DNA of 64,000 nucleotides from Bacteroidales bacterium (GCA_016929525.1 JAFGIP010000097.1:64713-128712), one strand, 5' to 3'; counted from the first letter of the stretch, positions 30,164-39,615 are shown. Numbers and translations are program-made. Notes: generated by a model from the letters alone, not told the origin.

Positions 30164-30597
30164 GGTTGTTGGAGATTTAGATTATCCATTATAAATATAT
30201 TCATTTGACAGCTTACAACGAGTTCATCATTCACAAATGTCATACCTTCTGCAATTAGAGCACCTTCAAATTTTGAAATTAAATTTACCTCAGTTTTTAA
30301 AATTTCATCTACTATCGGCCTTTTTATAATTTCAAGCTTTTTTATTGATCCGATAAATCCTATTTCAGGTTCCTTATTCTGCCGTTTATTCCTGTATCCT
30401 GCCCCGGCAGCAATAGTTTGTGCAATGTTTTCTATCAGTCCTGCTTCATAAAAAACACCATTTTCACAAAACAGATTATCAGGTTTTATTTTGAATATTG
30501 ACAAAGTTTTCTGCTGGTCGGCAAATATGAGTTTATCGACCATAACAAAAGGAGGTCGCTGGGGGATGTAATTGAGGATATCTTCGAATTGTTGCAT
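30160..30597 (-). CDS. Hot-dog fold 3-hydroxyacyl-ACP dehydratase-like protein
   Basis: 145 aa. IPQRPPFVMVDKL...EAGLIENIAQT resembles FabZ/ApeP-type dehydratases. Confidence 0.65.
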   Translation of the reverse strand: MQQFEDILNYIPQRPPFVMVDKLIFADQQKTLSIFKIKPDNLFCENGVFYEAGLIENIAQTIAAGAGYRNKRQNKEPEIGFIGSIKKLEIIKRPIVDEILKTEVNLISKFEGALIAEGMTFVNDELVVSCQMNIFIMDNLNLQQP

Positions 30598-30689
30598 ATA
30601 TACTTTAATTACTTATGCCGACATTAGTATTTAATTCCCAGGAATATTAGTAAATAATATGAATTTAAGTCTTACATAATTGAAAAACA

Positions 30690-31751
30690 TCATGAACATT
30701 TAATAAGAGTATGACTAACCCCGATATCATTCCATTCCCTGTCAACTTTCAGTGATGCTTCTTCAATCATCTGGTACATATCTTCGGAATGATACATCTG
30801 TGAAGTGCCATTGGCTATACATGTAAAATACAACGATGTAGCATGTAATGAATATGTTGAAGCTTCGTATTTCTGCTTGTCCCAGTATGTTTCAAGAATA
30901 TAAATTGATCCTCCGGGGTTTAAAGCTTTTTTTGCTTTTTCAAGAAGTTTAATAATATCGATAGGAGGAAAGCAATCGAGAAACTGGCTCATCCAAACTG
31001 CATCGTATCCGGTTGGGTAGGGTAATGAATGGTCAAGGAGGTTTATAGGGATAAGATCAATTCTTCCTTTCAAACCTTCTTCACTAATATTCATTTCTGC
31101 TTTTTTTAGCTGCCCCGGAAGGTCGAGGATAGTCATGTTTACTTCAGGATAGTTTTTAGCACATAGGATGGAAAATTTCCCTGTGTTACCTCCAACATCA
31201 AGGATTTTTTTTGGCTTCGATGTAAAGATGATGTCTAATAATTCAGGGAATGCATTGTCGGAGTAATAATGATCGAAATTAAACCAGCTTTTTTGTACAT
31301 CCGGAGGTAGTTCTGATAATGCCTCATAGACTGTTGACCATGTTCCGAATTCTTTCAGACCTTCAGGTTTTCCATTTGTGATGCATTCCTGTAGATGGAA
31401 AAAACCTTTATAATTTACATCGTGAACAAAATCGATATTAACAATAGTGAGTGGATCGTTCAGAATAAACCAGCCGGTTTTTGTAAGAAAGAATTTATTA
31501 TTTCTCACATAAACCATTTCAAGACTGATTGCAGCTTCGAGCAATACTTTTGTGCCATAACGGGGTAAATTGCATTTCTTCGCAACCTGGTTGATTGTGA
31601 GGCCATTTTTTCGTTCTTCATGTAACATATTCAAAATTCCCAGGTTTCGCATTGCACGTGCCGCCTGGAACATTATCGGGCCGAATGCAATTTTTTGCGC
31701 ATCGTATTTGGCTTTTACCGCCGATTTTTTATCATTTCCGTAGTCCTTCAT
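30690..31751 (-). CDS. SAM-dependent O-methyltransferase (Methyltransf_2 type)
   Basis: 353 aa. N-terminal winged-helix/dimerisation-like region and SAM motif ILDVGGNTGKFS. Confidence 0.75.
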   Translation of the reverse strand: MKDYGNDKKSAVKAKYDAQKIAFGPIMFQAARAMRNLGILNMLHEERKNGLTINQVAKKCNLPRYGTKVLLEAAISLEMVYVRNNKFFLTKTGWFILNDPLTIVNIDFVHDVNYKGFFHLQECITNGKPEGLKEFGTWSTVYEALSELPPDVQKSWFNFDHYYSDNAFPELLDIIFTSKPKKILDVGGNTGKFSILCAKNYPEVNMTILDLPGQLKKAEMNISEEGLKGRIDLIPINLLDHSLPYPTGYDAVWMSQFLDCFPPIDIIKLLEKAKKALNPGGSIYILETYWDKQKYEASTYSLHATSLYFTCIANGTSQMYHSEDMYQMIEEASLKVDREWNDIGVSHTLIKCS

Positions 31752-31759
31752 CCGTGTTC

Positions 31760-32650
31760 TTATTTTGTTTTCCAGAAATTGTAATAGTTAAACCACTGAT
31801 ATGGGTATTTACGCACAGTTTTTTCAAGGTTAGTGGCGTAATACTTTGCCATTAGATGTACATGTTGTGCAACAAGTTCCTTATCTTCTTTTTCAATCTT
31901 TAAAGGTTCTGTTGAGTGAAAATGGTAATGCGTATTTGATTCTTTCATTGTGGACACAAAGCAGAAAGGCACATCAAACTGTGAAGCAAGAAAAAAAGGC
32001 CCAAGGGGAAAGTCAGCTTTCATGCCAAAGAAATCGCACTCGGTAGTCTTGCTGTCATCGCGATACCTGTCACCATGCATCGCAATCAGATCACCGTTCC
32101 TAAGCGCATCACTGATAAAATAGATGTGTGAAAGGTCATCATCTTTTATTAGTATCAGATTGAAACTTGTTCCTCCTGTCACTTCTTCAATTAATTCTTT
32201 GATATTAGAACGTTCACCATCATACATCACAACATGGACCGGTTTATTTATTCTTTTTAGCAAATGTCCTGCAATTTCCCAGTTTCCTGCATGTGCTCCG
32301 ATTATGATTCCGCCTTTTCCGGTATTAGCCATATCATGCAGATGATTCTCTCCTTCAAAATCGAAAGTAAAACTATTTTCATTACCGGAAATAATGGCTA
32401 TTTTATCGATCATCGATTTGCCGAACACCAGATAATTCCTGTAAACTGAGATATGAGCTTTTAAAGGTTTAAAATGTAAAAGTGTGTGGTAAAAGAAGTA
32501 AATATATTGTTTATTTACTGTCAGATAATAATAAAGCGCGATAAACCAAACGAAGAAATATGCAACACGAATATGGATGTGTTTAATAATAAAAATGATG
32601 ATTTTATAACCGAGTGGAGTGCCTTTTGACTTACCGTCCCATTCAGACAT
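31760..32650 (-). CDS. LpxL/HtrB-family lysophospholipid (lipid A-type) acyltransferase
   Basis: 296 aa. N-terminal TM segment and the HAGNWE catalytic motif of the LpxL/LpxM family. Confidence 0.7.
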   Translation of the reverse strand: MSEWDGKSKGTPLGYKIIIFIIKHIHIRVAYFFVWFIALYYYLTVNKQYIYFFYHTLLHFKPLKAHISVYRNYLVFGKSMIDKIAIISGNENSFTFDFEGENHLHDMANTGKGGIIIGAHAGNWEIAGHLLKRINKPVHVVMYDGERSNIKELIEEVTGGTSFNLILIKDDDLSHIYFISDALRNGDLIAMHGDRYRDDSKTTECDFFGMKADFPLGPFFLASQFDVPFCFVSTMKESNTHYHFHSTEPLKIEKEDKELVAQHVHLMAKYYATNLEKTVRKYPYQWFNYYNFWKTK

Positions 32651-32892
32651 TAGCTCGCTTTTGATAGGATATAATTATATAAATCGTCAAGAGTTTTAAC
32701 ACCAATCATATCTTCCCCCTTGATCTTAAATCCAAATTCTTTTTCAATTTCAACGGCTATATCGACAAAATCAAGGCTTTCAATTTCCAGGTCGTCTCGT
32801 AAATTTGCATCGGGTACTACTCTGTCTGCTTCCAGTTCAAACTCATCTGTTAAGAATTCATTCACCTTTACGATCACATCTTCTTTTTTCAT
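32650..32892 (-). CDS. Acyl carrier protein
   Basis: 80 aa, acidic. Phosphopantetheine site DLEIESLDFVD. Its first stop base (nt 32650) is the A of the downstream acyltransferase ATG. Confidence 0.85.
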   Translation of the reverse strand: MKKEDVIVKVNEFLTDEFELEADRVVPDANLRDDLEIESLDFVDIAVEIEKEFGFKIKGEDMIGVKTLDDLYNYILSKAS

Positions 32893-32924
32893 CTCAATGG
32901 CAATATGGGTTCAAGTGCACAAAA

Positions 32925-34142
32925 TTATAATTTCTTTACGATAATTGTAGAGTTTGTACCTCCAAATCCGAAAGAATTTGATAAGAAGGTGCTGATTTTT
33001 GCCGGTATGGTTTTGTTGACAATATTCAGATACTTAGAGTGTTCATCGGGGGTTTCAAAATTAATATTGGGTGCGATAAAATCGTTGTGCATCATAAGCA
33101 ATGAATATATTATTTCACTTGCACCACCCATCCACATTTCATGACCTGTCATAGATTTTGTGGAACTAACTGGGGTTTTGATATCCGAAAACAATTTAGC
33201 AAGAGCTTGTGCCTCGGCAGAATCGCCAACCGGTGTAGAAGTGGCATGTGCATTTATATAATCTATATCATTTGGTGATAGATTGGCATCTTTCAGACAC
33301 ATTTCTACTGATTTATAAGGACCATCTATATTTGGAACAGAAATATGGTCACCATTTGATGAGAACCCATAACCTATGACTTCCCCGAGGATATTTGCTC
33401 CCCTGGCTTTGGCATGTTGATATTCTTCAAGAATGAGTGTTGCTGCCCCACCGCTGGGAACAAGACCATCCCGGTTCAGATCAAACGGACGTGATGCTTT
33501 TTCAGGTTCATCTTCACGCACCGAGAAGGCATTTAAACCATCGAAACTTCCTGTCGATTCGGGATTTACTTCCTGAGCGCCTCCGCAAATTATCATTTTT
33601 TGCAGTCCGTACTTTATAAAATGATATCCCAGTCCTACAGCATGAGATCCACTGGCACAGGCAGCACTTACGGTTAAATTTATTCCTTTGAGTTTGAATA
33701 TAACAGCCAGGTTCATAGTTACAGTTGAATTCATCGACTGGAAAATTGAACCCGATCCAATAAGCATGGTATCTTTCTTTTCCCTCATGCAGTCCATAGC
33801 TTCTATAACAGGAACTGCCGAACTGTCGTTTCCATAAAGTACCCCTACTTCATTATTTTCTAAAAAAGCATCATTAATATTAGCATCTCGCAGCGCATCA
33901 AGAGTAGCTACGTAAGCATATTCTCCCTGTTCAGGCAAACTTACTCTAAGTCTTCGTGGAAGAATACCTTTTATTTTCGGTCTGGCAAGAATACCTGTAA
34001 GCCCTGAACGGAATCCCATCTCCTTTCTTCTGGGATCAAGCACAATACCTGATTTTCCTTCTTTAAGAGACTGGGTAACTTCAATTATATTTTTACCAAT
34101 TACCGAATAAATTCCTATACCTGTTATTACTACTCTTTTCAC
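32925..34142 (-). CDS. Beta-ketoacyl-ACP synthase, FabB-like, with an atypical second-His motif
   Basis: 405 aa. VSAACASGSHAV, AHATSTPVGD, then TGHEMWMGGAS where GHxLGAAG is expected. EIIYSLLMMHNDFIAPNINFETPDE resembles FabB. Confidence 0.8.
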   Translation of the reverse strand: MKRVVITGIGIYSVIGKNIIEVTQSLKEGKSGIVLDPRRKEMGFRSGLTGILARPKIKGILPRRLRVSLPEQGEYAYVATLDALRDANINDAFLENNEVGVLYGNDSSAVPVIEAMDCMREKKDTMLIGSGSIFQSMNSTVTMNLAVIFKLKGINLTVSAACASGSHAVGLGYHFIKYGLQKMIICGGAQEVNPESTGSFDGLNAFSVREDEPEKASRPFDLNRDGLVPSGGAATLILEEYQHAKARGANILGEVIGYGFSSNGDHISVPNIDGPYKSVEMCLKDANLSPNDIDYINAHATSTPVGDSAEAQALAKLFSDIKTPVSSTKSMTGHEMWMGGASEIIYSLLMMHNDFIAPNINFETPDEHSKYLNIVNKTIPAKISTFLSNSFGFGGTNSTIIVKKL

Positions 34143-34209
34143 TTAAAGACCTTGGAGATTAATGATATTAATTTTAATTCAATATAATAATTGTTTATTA
34201 ATTTACAAG

Positions 34210-34941
34210 TTACGAGTATAAACCTCCGTTTATTGAAATGCATTCACCGGTTATATAACCGGCTTTTTCAGATGCGAGGAATGATACCAGGTAAGCCACT
34301 TCCTCAGGATTTCCAAACCTATTGAGCGGTACAGTTTTTTTCAAAGTCTGAACATCCAGATCTTTCGTCATATCCGTATTAATAAATCCCGGAGCCACTG
34401 CATTTACAGTAACATTTTTCTTTCCTACTTCCTGAGCAAGTGCTTTCGTTGCTGCTATTACACCAGCTTTTGCTGCCGAATAGTTTACCTGACCGGGTAA
34501 ACCTTTCAAACCGCTAAGCGAAACTATATTAATGATGCGTCCAAATTTATTCAATACCATATCCTGCACAACTTCTTTGGTAACAAAGTAAAAACTATTC
34601 AGGTTTGTATCAATAACCTTATCCCAGTCAGATTGTTCTAACCATACAAAAAGGTTATCCTTTCTGATACCTGCATTATTTACCAATACACTGATATGTT
34701 CTTCCGGATTTTGTTCTCTCCAGTTATTAAAAGCACTTTTTACTGAATCTGCACTGGAAATATCGAATTGTACGAGTTCTCCTTTACCACCAGCTTTTTT
34801 TATCTCGATTAAAGTGTTGTTCGCTGCTTCCTTGTTTGCATGGTAATTTACGATAACATGGAAACCATCTGAAGCCAGTTGCAATGCTATGGCTTTACCA
34901 ATTCCTCTTGATCCGCCTGTAACAAGTGCAACATTATTCAT
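34210..34941 (-). CDS. 3-oxoacyl-ACP reductase (SDR, FabG-like)
   Basis: 243 aa. TGGSRGIGKA, NNAG, YSAAKAG. Its start overlaps the ammonia-lyase stop by 8 nt. Confidence 0.85.
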   Translation of the reverse strand: MNNVALVTGGSRGIGKAIALQLASDGFHVIVNYHANKEAANNTLIEIKKAGGKGELVQFDISSADSVKSAFNNWREQNPEEHISVLVNNAGIRKDNLFVWLEQSDWDKVIDTNLNSFYFVTKEVVQDMVLNKFGRIINIVSLSGLKGLPGQVNYSAAKAGVIAATKALAQEVGKKNVTVNAVAPGFINTDMTKDLDVQTLKKTVPLNRFGNPEEVAYLVSFLASEKAGYITGECISINGGLYS

Positions 34942-36490
34942 TTTCCGGTAAAATAAGTATGTGGGTATTTTTTAAATATTCAATTACCTTTTCAATATCG
35001 GTATAGATTGCATAGTCATCTTCGAAACGGGGAAATAGTTTTCTGAGAGCCTGGTAGATATTTCCTGTCTCCGGTGATAACTTATCCGCAATATTTTTAT
35101 AATCGACTGCCTGAAGTAAGGCCATAAATTCTATTGCTATAACCTGATATCCATTATCAATAACCTTTTTGGTTATCAGGGCTGCATTGGTTCCCATACT
35201 AACAATATCCTGGTTATCGTTGTTATTAGGTATGCTGTGAATGTACATTGGGTTAGACAGGGTTTGATTTTCCGCGGCTGTTGAGACAGCTGTAAATTGT
35301 ACTCCCTGCATACCAAGATTCAGTCCGAGTGTGCCCAGATTAATAAATGGCGGAAGTATTTTATTCAATCTGTGATTCAGGATAAAATTCAGTTGTCTTT
35401 CAGCAAGCATCGATAATTTTGTAATGGCAATCTTTAACTTATCCATTTCAAATGCAACATAATCGCCGTGAAAATTACCGCCATGATATACAAAATTCGA
35501 TTCTTCATGAATAATTGGATTGTCACTGACACTGTTTGCTTCATTTAATAGTACTTCAGCAGTATTCCGGATTGTATCGTATACAGGGCCGAGCACCTGA
35601 GGTACACAACGTAATGAATAATATTCCTGAACTTTCTTATCTATTTTAAAACTACCGTTCTCAGCATTTGAATAAAGAGAGCCATTCCTGTTATCGGTTA
35701 ATTTACTTGCTGCAAACATTTTGTGCATCGCAGCTGCAATCCTGCGCTGTCCGTAATGAAGTTTTAACAGGTTTAGTTCAGGTGAACAATGATCATCGAA
35801 AGTTGAAACAATCTCATTAATCATTACCGAGGCCAGAACACTCCAATTTAACAGGTTTACAGAACTGATGAGATTGACAATACCAATTCCGTTCATTACC
35901 GAAGTACCATTAATCAATGCTAAACCCTCGCGAATTTTTATTTCGAGTGGTTTAATGTTTAATTTTTTAAAGAGCGTATCGGTATTGAACCATTCACCTT
36001 TATATTTGGCTTTACCTTCTCCTATAAGCACAAGGGCCATGTGAGCAAGCTGGATCAGATCACCGCTGGCACCAACACCACCATGCTCCGGAATAAACGG
36101 GATTATCCTGTTATTGATCAGATCTTTTAAAATTCTAAGTACATCGGGATGTATACCTGAATAGCCGTGACAAAAACAATTTGCTCTTATTATAATAGAA
36201 GCAAGCACACTGTTATCATCAATAGGATTACCAACACCGGCTGCGTGACTTCTGATTAAATTAAGCTGTAGGTCATTGCTTTTATCATCATCAATTTTAT
36301 ACTGAGCCATTGGACCTAAACCGGTGTTTATGCCATATATAATTTTATTGGCAGCATAGCTTTCCAGAAAGCTATAGTTTTTTTTCACCTGATTTAATAT
36401 CTCTTCTGAAAAATCTATCTTCTTTTGTTCATATAAAATCTGATGAAAATCCTTTAGGCTTAATTTCCTTCCCTTATCAATGGAGATCAT
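34934..36490 (-). CDS. MIO-dependent aromatic amino acid ammonia-lyase (tyrosine ammonia-lyase by context)
   Basis: 518 aa. MIO-forming Ala-Ser-Gly (GGVGASGDL; nt 36062-36070), plus GINTGLGPMA, YYSLRCVPQV and NNDNQDIVSMG. It is the first gene of the pigment operon. Confidence 0.8.
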   Translation of the reverse strand: MISIDKGRKLSLKDFHQILYEQKKIDFSEEILNQVKKNYSFLESYAANKIIYGINTGLGPMAQYKIDDDKSNDLQLNLIRSHAAGVGNPIDDNSVLASIIIRANCFCHGYSGIHPDVLRILKDLINNRIIPFIPEHGGVGASGDLIQLAHMALVLIGEGKAKYKGEWFNTDTLFKKLNIKPLEIKIREGLALINGTSVMNGIGIVNLISSVNLLNWSVLASVMINEIVSTFDDHCSPELNLLKLHYGQRRIAAAMHKMFAASKLTDNRNGSLYSNAENGSFKIDKKVQEYYSLRCVPQVLGPVYDTIRNTAEVLLNEANSVSDNPIIHEESNFVYHGGNFHGDYVAFEMDKLKIAITKLSMLAERQLNFILNHRLNKILPPFINLGTLGLNLGMQGVQFTAVSTAAENQTLSNPMYIHSIPNNNDNQDIVSMGTNAALITKKVIDNGYQVIAIEFMALLQAVDYKNIADKLSPETGNIYQALRKLFPRFEDDYAIYTDIEKVIEYLKNTHILILPENE

Positions 36491-36531
36491 TCTTATTATC
36501 TTGAAACCTACTCAATTAATTCAATTGAGCG

Positions 36532-36539
36532 CAAAAATA
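36532..36539 (-). promoter_or_regulatory. Candidate Bacteroidota -7 promoter box for the pigment operon
   Basis: The minus strand reads TATTTTTG (TAnnTTTG consensus), 42-49 nt upstream of the ATG at 36490. No clear -33 TTTG was seen. Confidence 0.3.
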
Positions 36540-36699
36540 ACATTTATATTGAAACATGCTTTTAATTTTTATAAAAGGATTAGTACGGATTAATGTAAAA
36601 AATTAATTAATAGTGATTTATTCAAGGATATAAATGAAATTTAAACTAATCAGAAAATAACAGATAGAATGATAAATTATCGGATATTTAAATATTAAT

Positions 36700-37779
36700 T
36701 TGAGAAGTTATATAACAATCCGTTGCATGCAAAAATCGGTACTTATTGCTATGAGTGGTGGTATAGACAGTTCTGTTGCAGCTTATATACTAAAAGAACA
36801 GGGATATAAAGTTACAGGCGTTAACTTTTGGTTTTTTGGTGATGAAAAACCGCATAAAGAGTTGGAACAGTTTTGCACTAAAACAGGACTGGAACTGATT
36901 TTTTACGATGCACGGGAATTATTTCATGAAGAAGTTATTGGTTACTTTAACAGTTATCATTTAAAGGGATTAACACCAAGTCCCTGTGCACATTGTAATC
37001 CGAATGTTAAATGGAAATTACTGACGGATATCGCTGATAAGTATGGGATTGACCATATTGCAACGGGGCATTACATCCGTATTGTTAAAAAAGGTGGTAC
37101 AGCAAGGATTTTTAAAGGATCGGATATGAAAAAAGACCAGTCGTACTTTCTCTGGAATCTTGATCAGGATGTATTAACGAGGGCAATTACTCCTCTTGGT
37201 GAATATCTTAAAGCTGATATAAAAAAGATTGCTAAAAGGTTGGGATTCGACTTTTTAAATAAAAACAAGGAAAGCTCAGGGCTTTGTTTCGCAGCCGGAA
37301 GATCATGCAGTGATATGTTAATGGATTATATTCCTGATATAAAAGACAAAATACCTAAAGGCAATGTACTGGACAGAAAAGGCAATATTGTTGGTACCCA
37401 TAAAGGATATATATATTATACGATCGGACAGAAACGTGATCTGAATCTGTTAACTGATAAAAAGCTTTGCGTCGTTGAAATTGATGCCGGGAATAATATT
37501 TTAATTGCCGACACATGGCAAAGTTTGTATATAAAAGAATTTGTTGCCGGGGATACGAGTTTTATAAATCCTCAGGCTTTAGGAACCAGTAAAGAAATTC
37601 AAACAATGGTTAGGGGATTTGGACTGAATCCTTCAGGGAATTGCACCATTGAAACGAACGGAGGTCTTTTAAAGGTAAAACTTGATGAACCTGCATGGGC
37701 AGTAGCTCCGGGACAGCCGGTAGTATTTTATAATGAGGATGAATTGTTGGGAGGGGGTATAGTTAAGAGCAAGAGATAA
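36700..37779 (+). CDS. mnmA: tRNA 2-thiouridine(34) synthase MnmA
   Basis: 359 aa. PP-loop AMSGGIDSSV, SPCAHCNPNVKW, ATGHYIR, KDQSYFL. The likely true start is M10 (nt 36727). Confidence 0.85.
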   Translation: MRSYITIRCMQKSVLIAMSGGIDSSVAAYILKEQGYKVTGVNFWFFGDEKPHKELEQFCTKTGLELIFYDARELFHEEVIGYFNSYHLKGLTPSPCAHCNPNVKWKLLTDIADKYGIDHIATGHYIRIVKKGGTARIFKGSDMKKDQSYFLWNLDQDVLTRAITPLGEYLKADIKKIAKRLGFDFLNKNKESSGLCFAAGRSCSDMLMDYIPDIKDKIPKGNVLDRKGNIVGTHKGYIYYTIGQKRDLNLLTDKKLCVVEIDAGNNILIADTWQSLYIKEFVAGDTSFINPQALGTSKEIQTMVRGFGLNPSGNCTIETNGGLLKVKLDEPAWAVAPGQPVVFYNEDELLGGGIVKSKR

Positions 37780-37921
37780 ATTCCAGCTGTAATATTTTTT
37801 AATAACGGATTCGGATAACTATCTAATCAAGGTTAATTGCTTTTCAGAACATGAGAAGTATAATCTTTGACAGCCTGAATATTCTCTTAATTTAAAAGTG
37901 CTCAGGATTGTTTTAATGAAT

Positions 37922-39139
37922 CTATTTCTCCGCAAGTAATTGTTTTTGTTCCAGCCAGATATTAAAAAAGACAGGTACACTTCTGGATGCCAGTGAACCG
38001 GTTGAATTCTGCAGATATGCAATCCCAACCCTTTCTTCCGGGCAATAGGCAATTTCTGAGCGATACCCTCTGACATAGCCTCCGTGATAAACGATCTTCA
38101 TGCCTTTGTAATTATAAATTCTCCATCCAAGGCTATATGATTTTTCATCTACATGTCCCCAATGATAGGTATATCTTTTTTTTAAAGGTGTAGTTATCGA
38201 TGGAGTTGCTATTTTATTCAGCAAGGCAGTATCCAGTACTTCGGGACAGTTACCCAATAATGCTATCAGCCATTGCGACATATCTCTGATACTTGCATTA
38301 ACTCCTGCTGCCGGCACCAGGTTGTAGTAACGCAGATTAGGCCTGGTGGTAACGTAATTGCCTTTACTGAACACATGCGGTGAAGCAGTATTATTATTTT
38401 CATGTTCAAATATTCCTTTGCCAACCGACGCATTCTGCATATCAAGCGGAATAAACAACTTTTCGTAGAGCAAGTCACAATATTCTTTGTATGTGTGTAT
38501 ATAAGCAATTGTATCTATAAGGCTGAAAACAACATTTTGATAACCATATACTTCGCCGGGTTTCGCAGCTATATCCACTTCCGGTAAACGTCTGATAATT
38601 TCTGTTAGTGATAAGGCTGCTTCTGCCAGGTTATCGTATGCATGAGGTACCAGACCCGAAGTATGGTTGAGTGTATGAGCGATAGTAAGATCGGCTGTAC
38701 TTGCTGAGTCTTTTAAGGTTAGCCGGGGCAGATCTTCTTTTATTCGCTGGTTGAGTGACAGAATTCCTTCCTGTTCAAGAAGACAGGCAAGTACACCTGT
38801 AAATCCTTTAGATACCGATGCAAGTCTGAATACTGTTTGTTCATCAACAGAATCTGTTGAACCGGCTTTTTTTACACCATAAGTCTTGGTTAGCAGTACC
38901 TGATCTTCGTAAACGATAGAATAAGCCAGACCAACAAAAGGATTACTATCAATTTCTGAACGAATTAACTGATCATATTTTATAGCAGTTCGCAACTCTT
39001 CAGAAGTATCAGTCAATATAGTGTCAGTAGCAATAGCTTCTTCCTCATGTATATGTGTTGATGACTTAAACAGAACTGTTGAAATGGTAAAAAGAACAAT
39101 AATGAAAAGTGCAGGTATGGCTGATTTCTGATAGGTCAT
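37922..39139 (-). CDS. Serine hydrolase of the beta-lactamase/PBP (class C-like) family
   Basis: 405 aa. N-terminal TM/signal segment and an S-x-x-K motif (ASVSKGF). Overall beta-lactamase-related pattern (LNHTSGL). Confidence 0.7.
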   Translation of the reverse strand: MTYQKSAIPALFIIVLFTISTVLFKSSTHIHEEEAIATDTILTDTSEELRTAIKYDQLIRSEIDSNPFVGLAYSIVYEDQVLLTKTYGVKKAGSTDSVDEQTVFRLASVSKGFTGVLACLLEQEGILSLNQRIKEDLPRLTLKDSASTADLTIAHTLNHTSGLVPHAYDNLAEAALSLTEIIRRLPEVDIAAKPGEVYGYQNVVFSLIDTIAYIHTYKEYCDLLYEKLFIPLDMQNASVGKGIFEHENNNTASPHVFSKGNYVTTRPNLRYYNLVPAAGVNASIRDMSQWLIALLGNCPEVLDTALLNKIATPSITTPLKKRYTYHWGHVDEKSYSLGWRIYNYKGMKIVYHGGYVRGYRSEIAYCPEERVGIAYLQNSTGSLASRSVPVFFNIWLEQKQLLAEK

Positions 39140-39615
39140 AATAATATTACATAGTGAAATTGCTGGTAAATGTAATATTCGTTAAGGAAAATTTCGGGTT
39201 TACAGGCAAAGACTTATGAACGGCATTTCTCAGATCTTATTCCTCATAATCTCTTTTCACATTTCAATTGACTACTAATAGATACACCTTCTATCAAAAA
39301 AATACACATTTCTACATTAAGAAACAGGTGAAACCGAATAATTAATATCGGGTATAACCTAAGGAAACGAAATTAAAAAAGTTGGATTAATCTGTTAGGC
39401 GCAACATCTTTTTTATTCCTTTTTGTTAAATCGCTATTAAATATTATATGTTTTTTTCAGGCATTTATAAATTAATATGGAAGCAATTCTTATATAGCTT
39501 CTAACATCTGCCGGATTCTGATTTTGCTGTATGTAAACATTACAATATAGATAGGCGTATTGGTTCTTTTATAGTATCTTAAACGATATAATGTAACCCA
39601 AATTCAAATATAGTT

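Larger units (their letters stand above)
12084..36490 (-). other. Aryl-polyene / flexirubin-type pigment biosynthesis and export gene cluster (23 co-directional genes)
   Basis: Uninterrupted minus-strand block; most junctions overlap or are 15 nt or less. Holds ammonia-lyase, CoA-ligase-like enzyme, ACP, 3 KS plus CLF-like plus half-KS, KR, 2 dehydratases, thioesterase, O-MT, 2 acyltransferase types, GT2, deacetylase, LolA-like protein, lipoprotein and MMPL exporter. Confidence 0.8.

Noticed and set aside
37819-38076. 85-aa minus-strand ORF overlapping the 3' end of the serine hydrolase gene
   Set aside because: It is in a different frame from the 405-aa hydrolase, which has clear family motifs. 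It has no independent support.
39216-39504. Very short ORFs upstream of the ThiF-like gene as possible RiPP precursors or Ubl partners (20 aa MNGISQILFLIISFHISIDY at 39216-39278; 18 aa at 39448-39504)
   Set aside because: There is no C-terminal Gly-Gly or Asn as in ThiS/MoaD/MccA-type substrates, no accompanying modification or export genes, and such short ORFs are expected by chance in AT-rich DNA.
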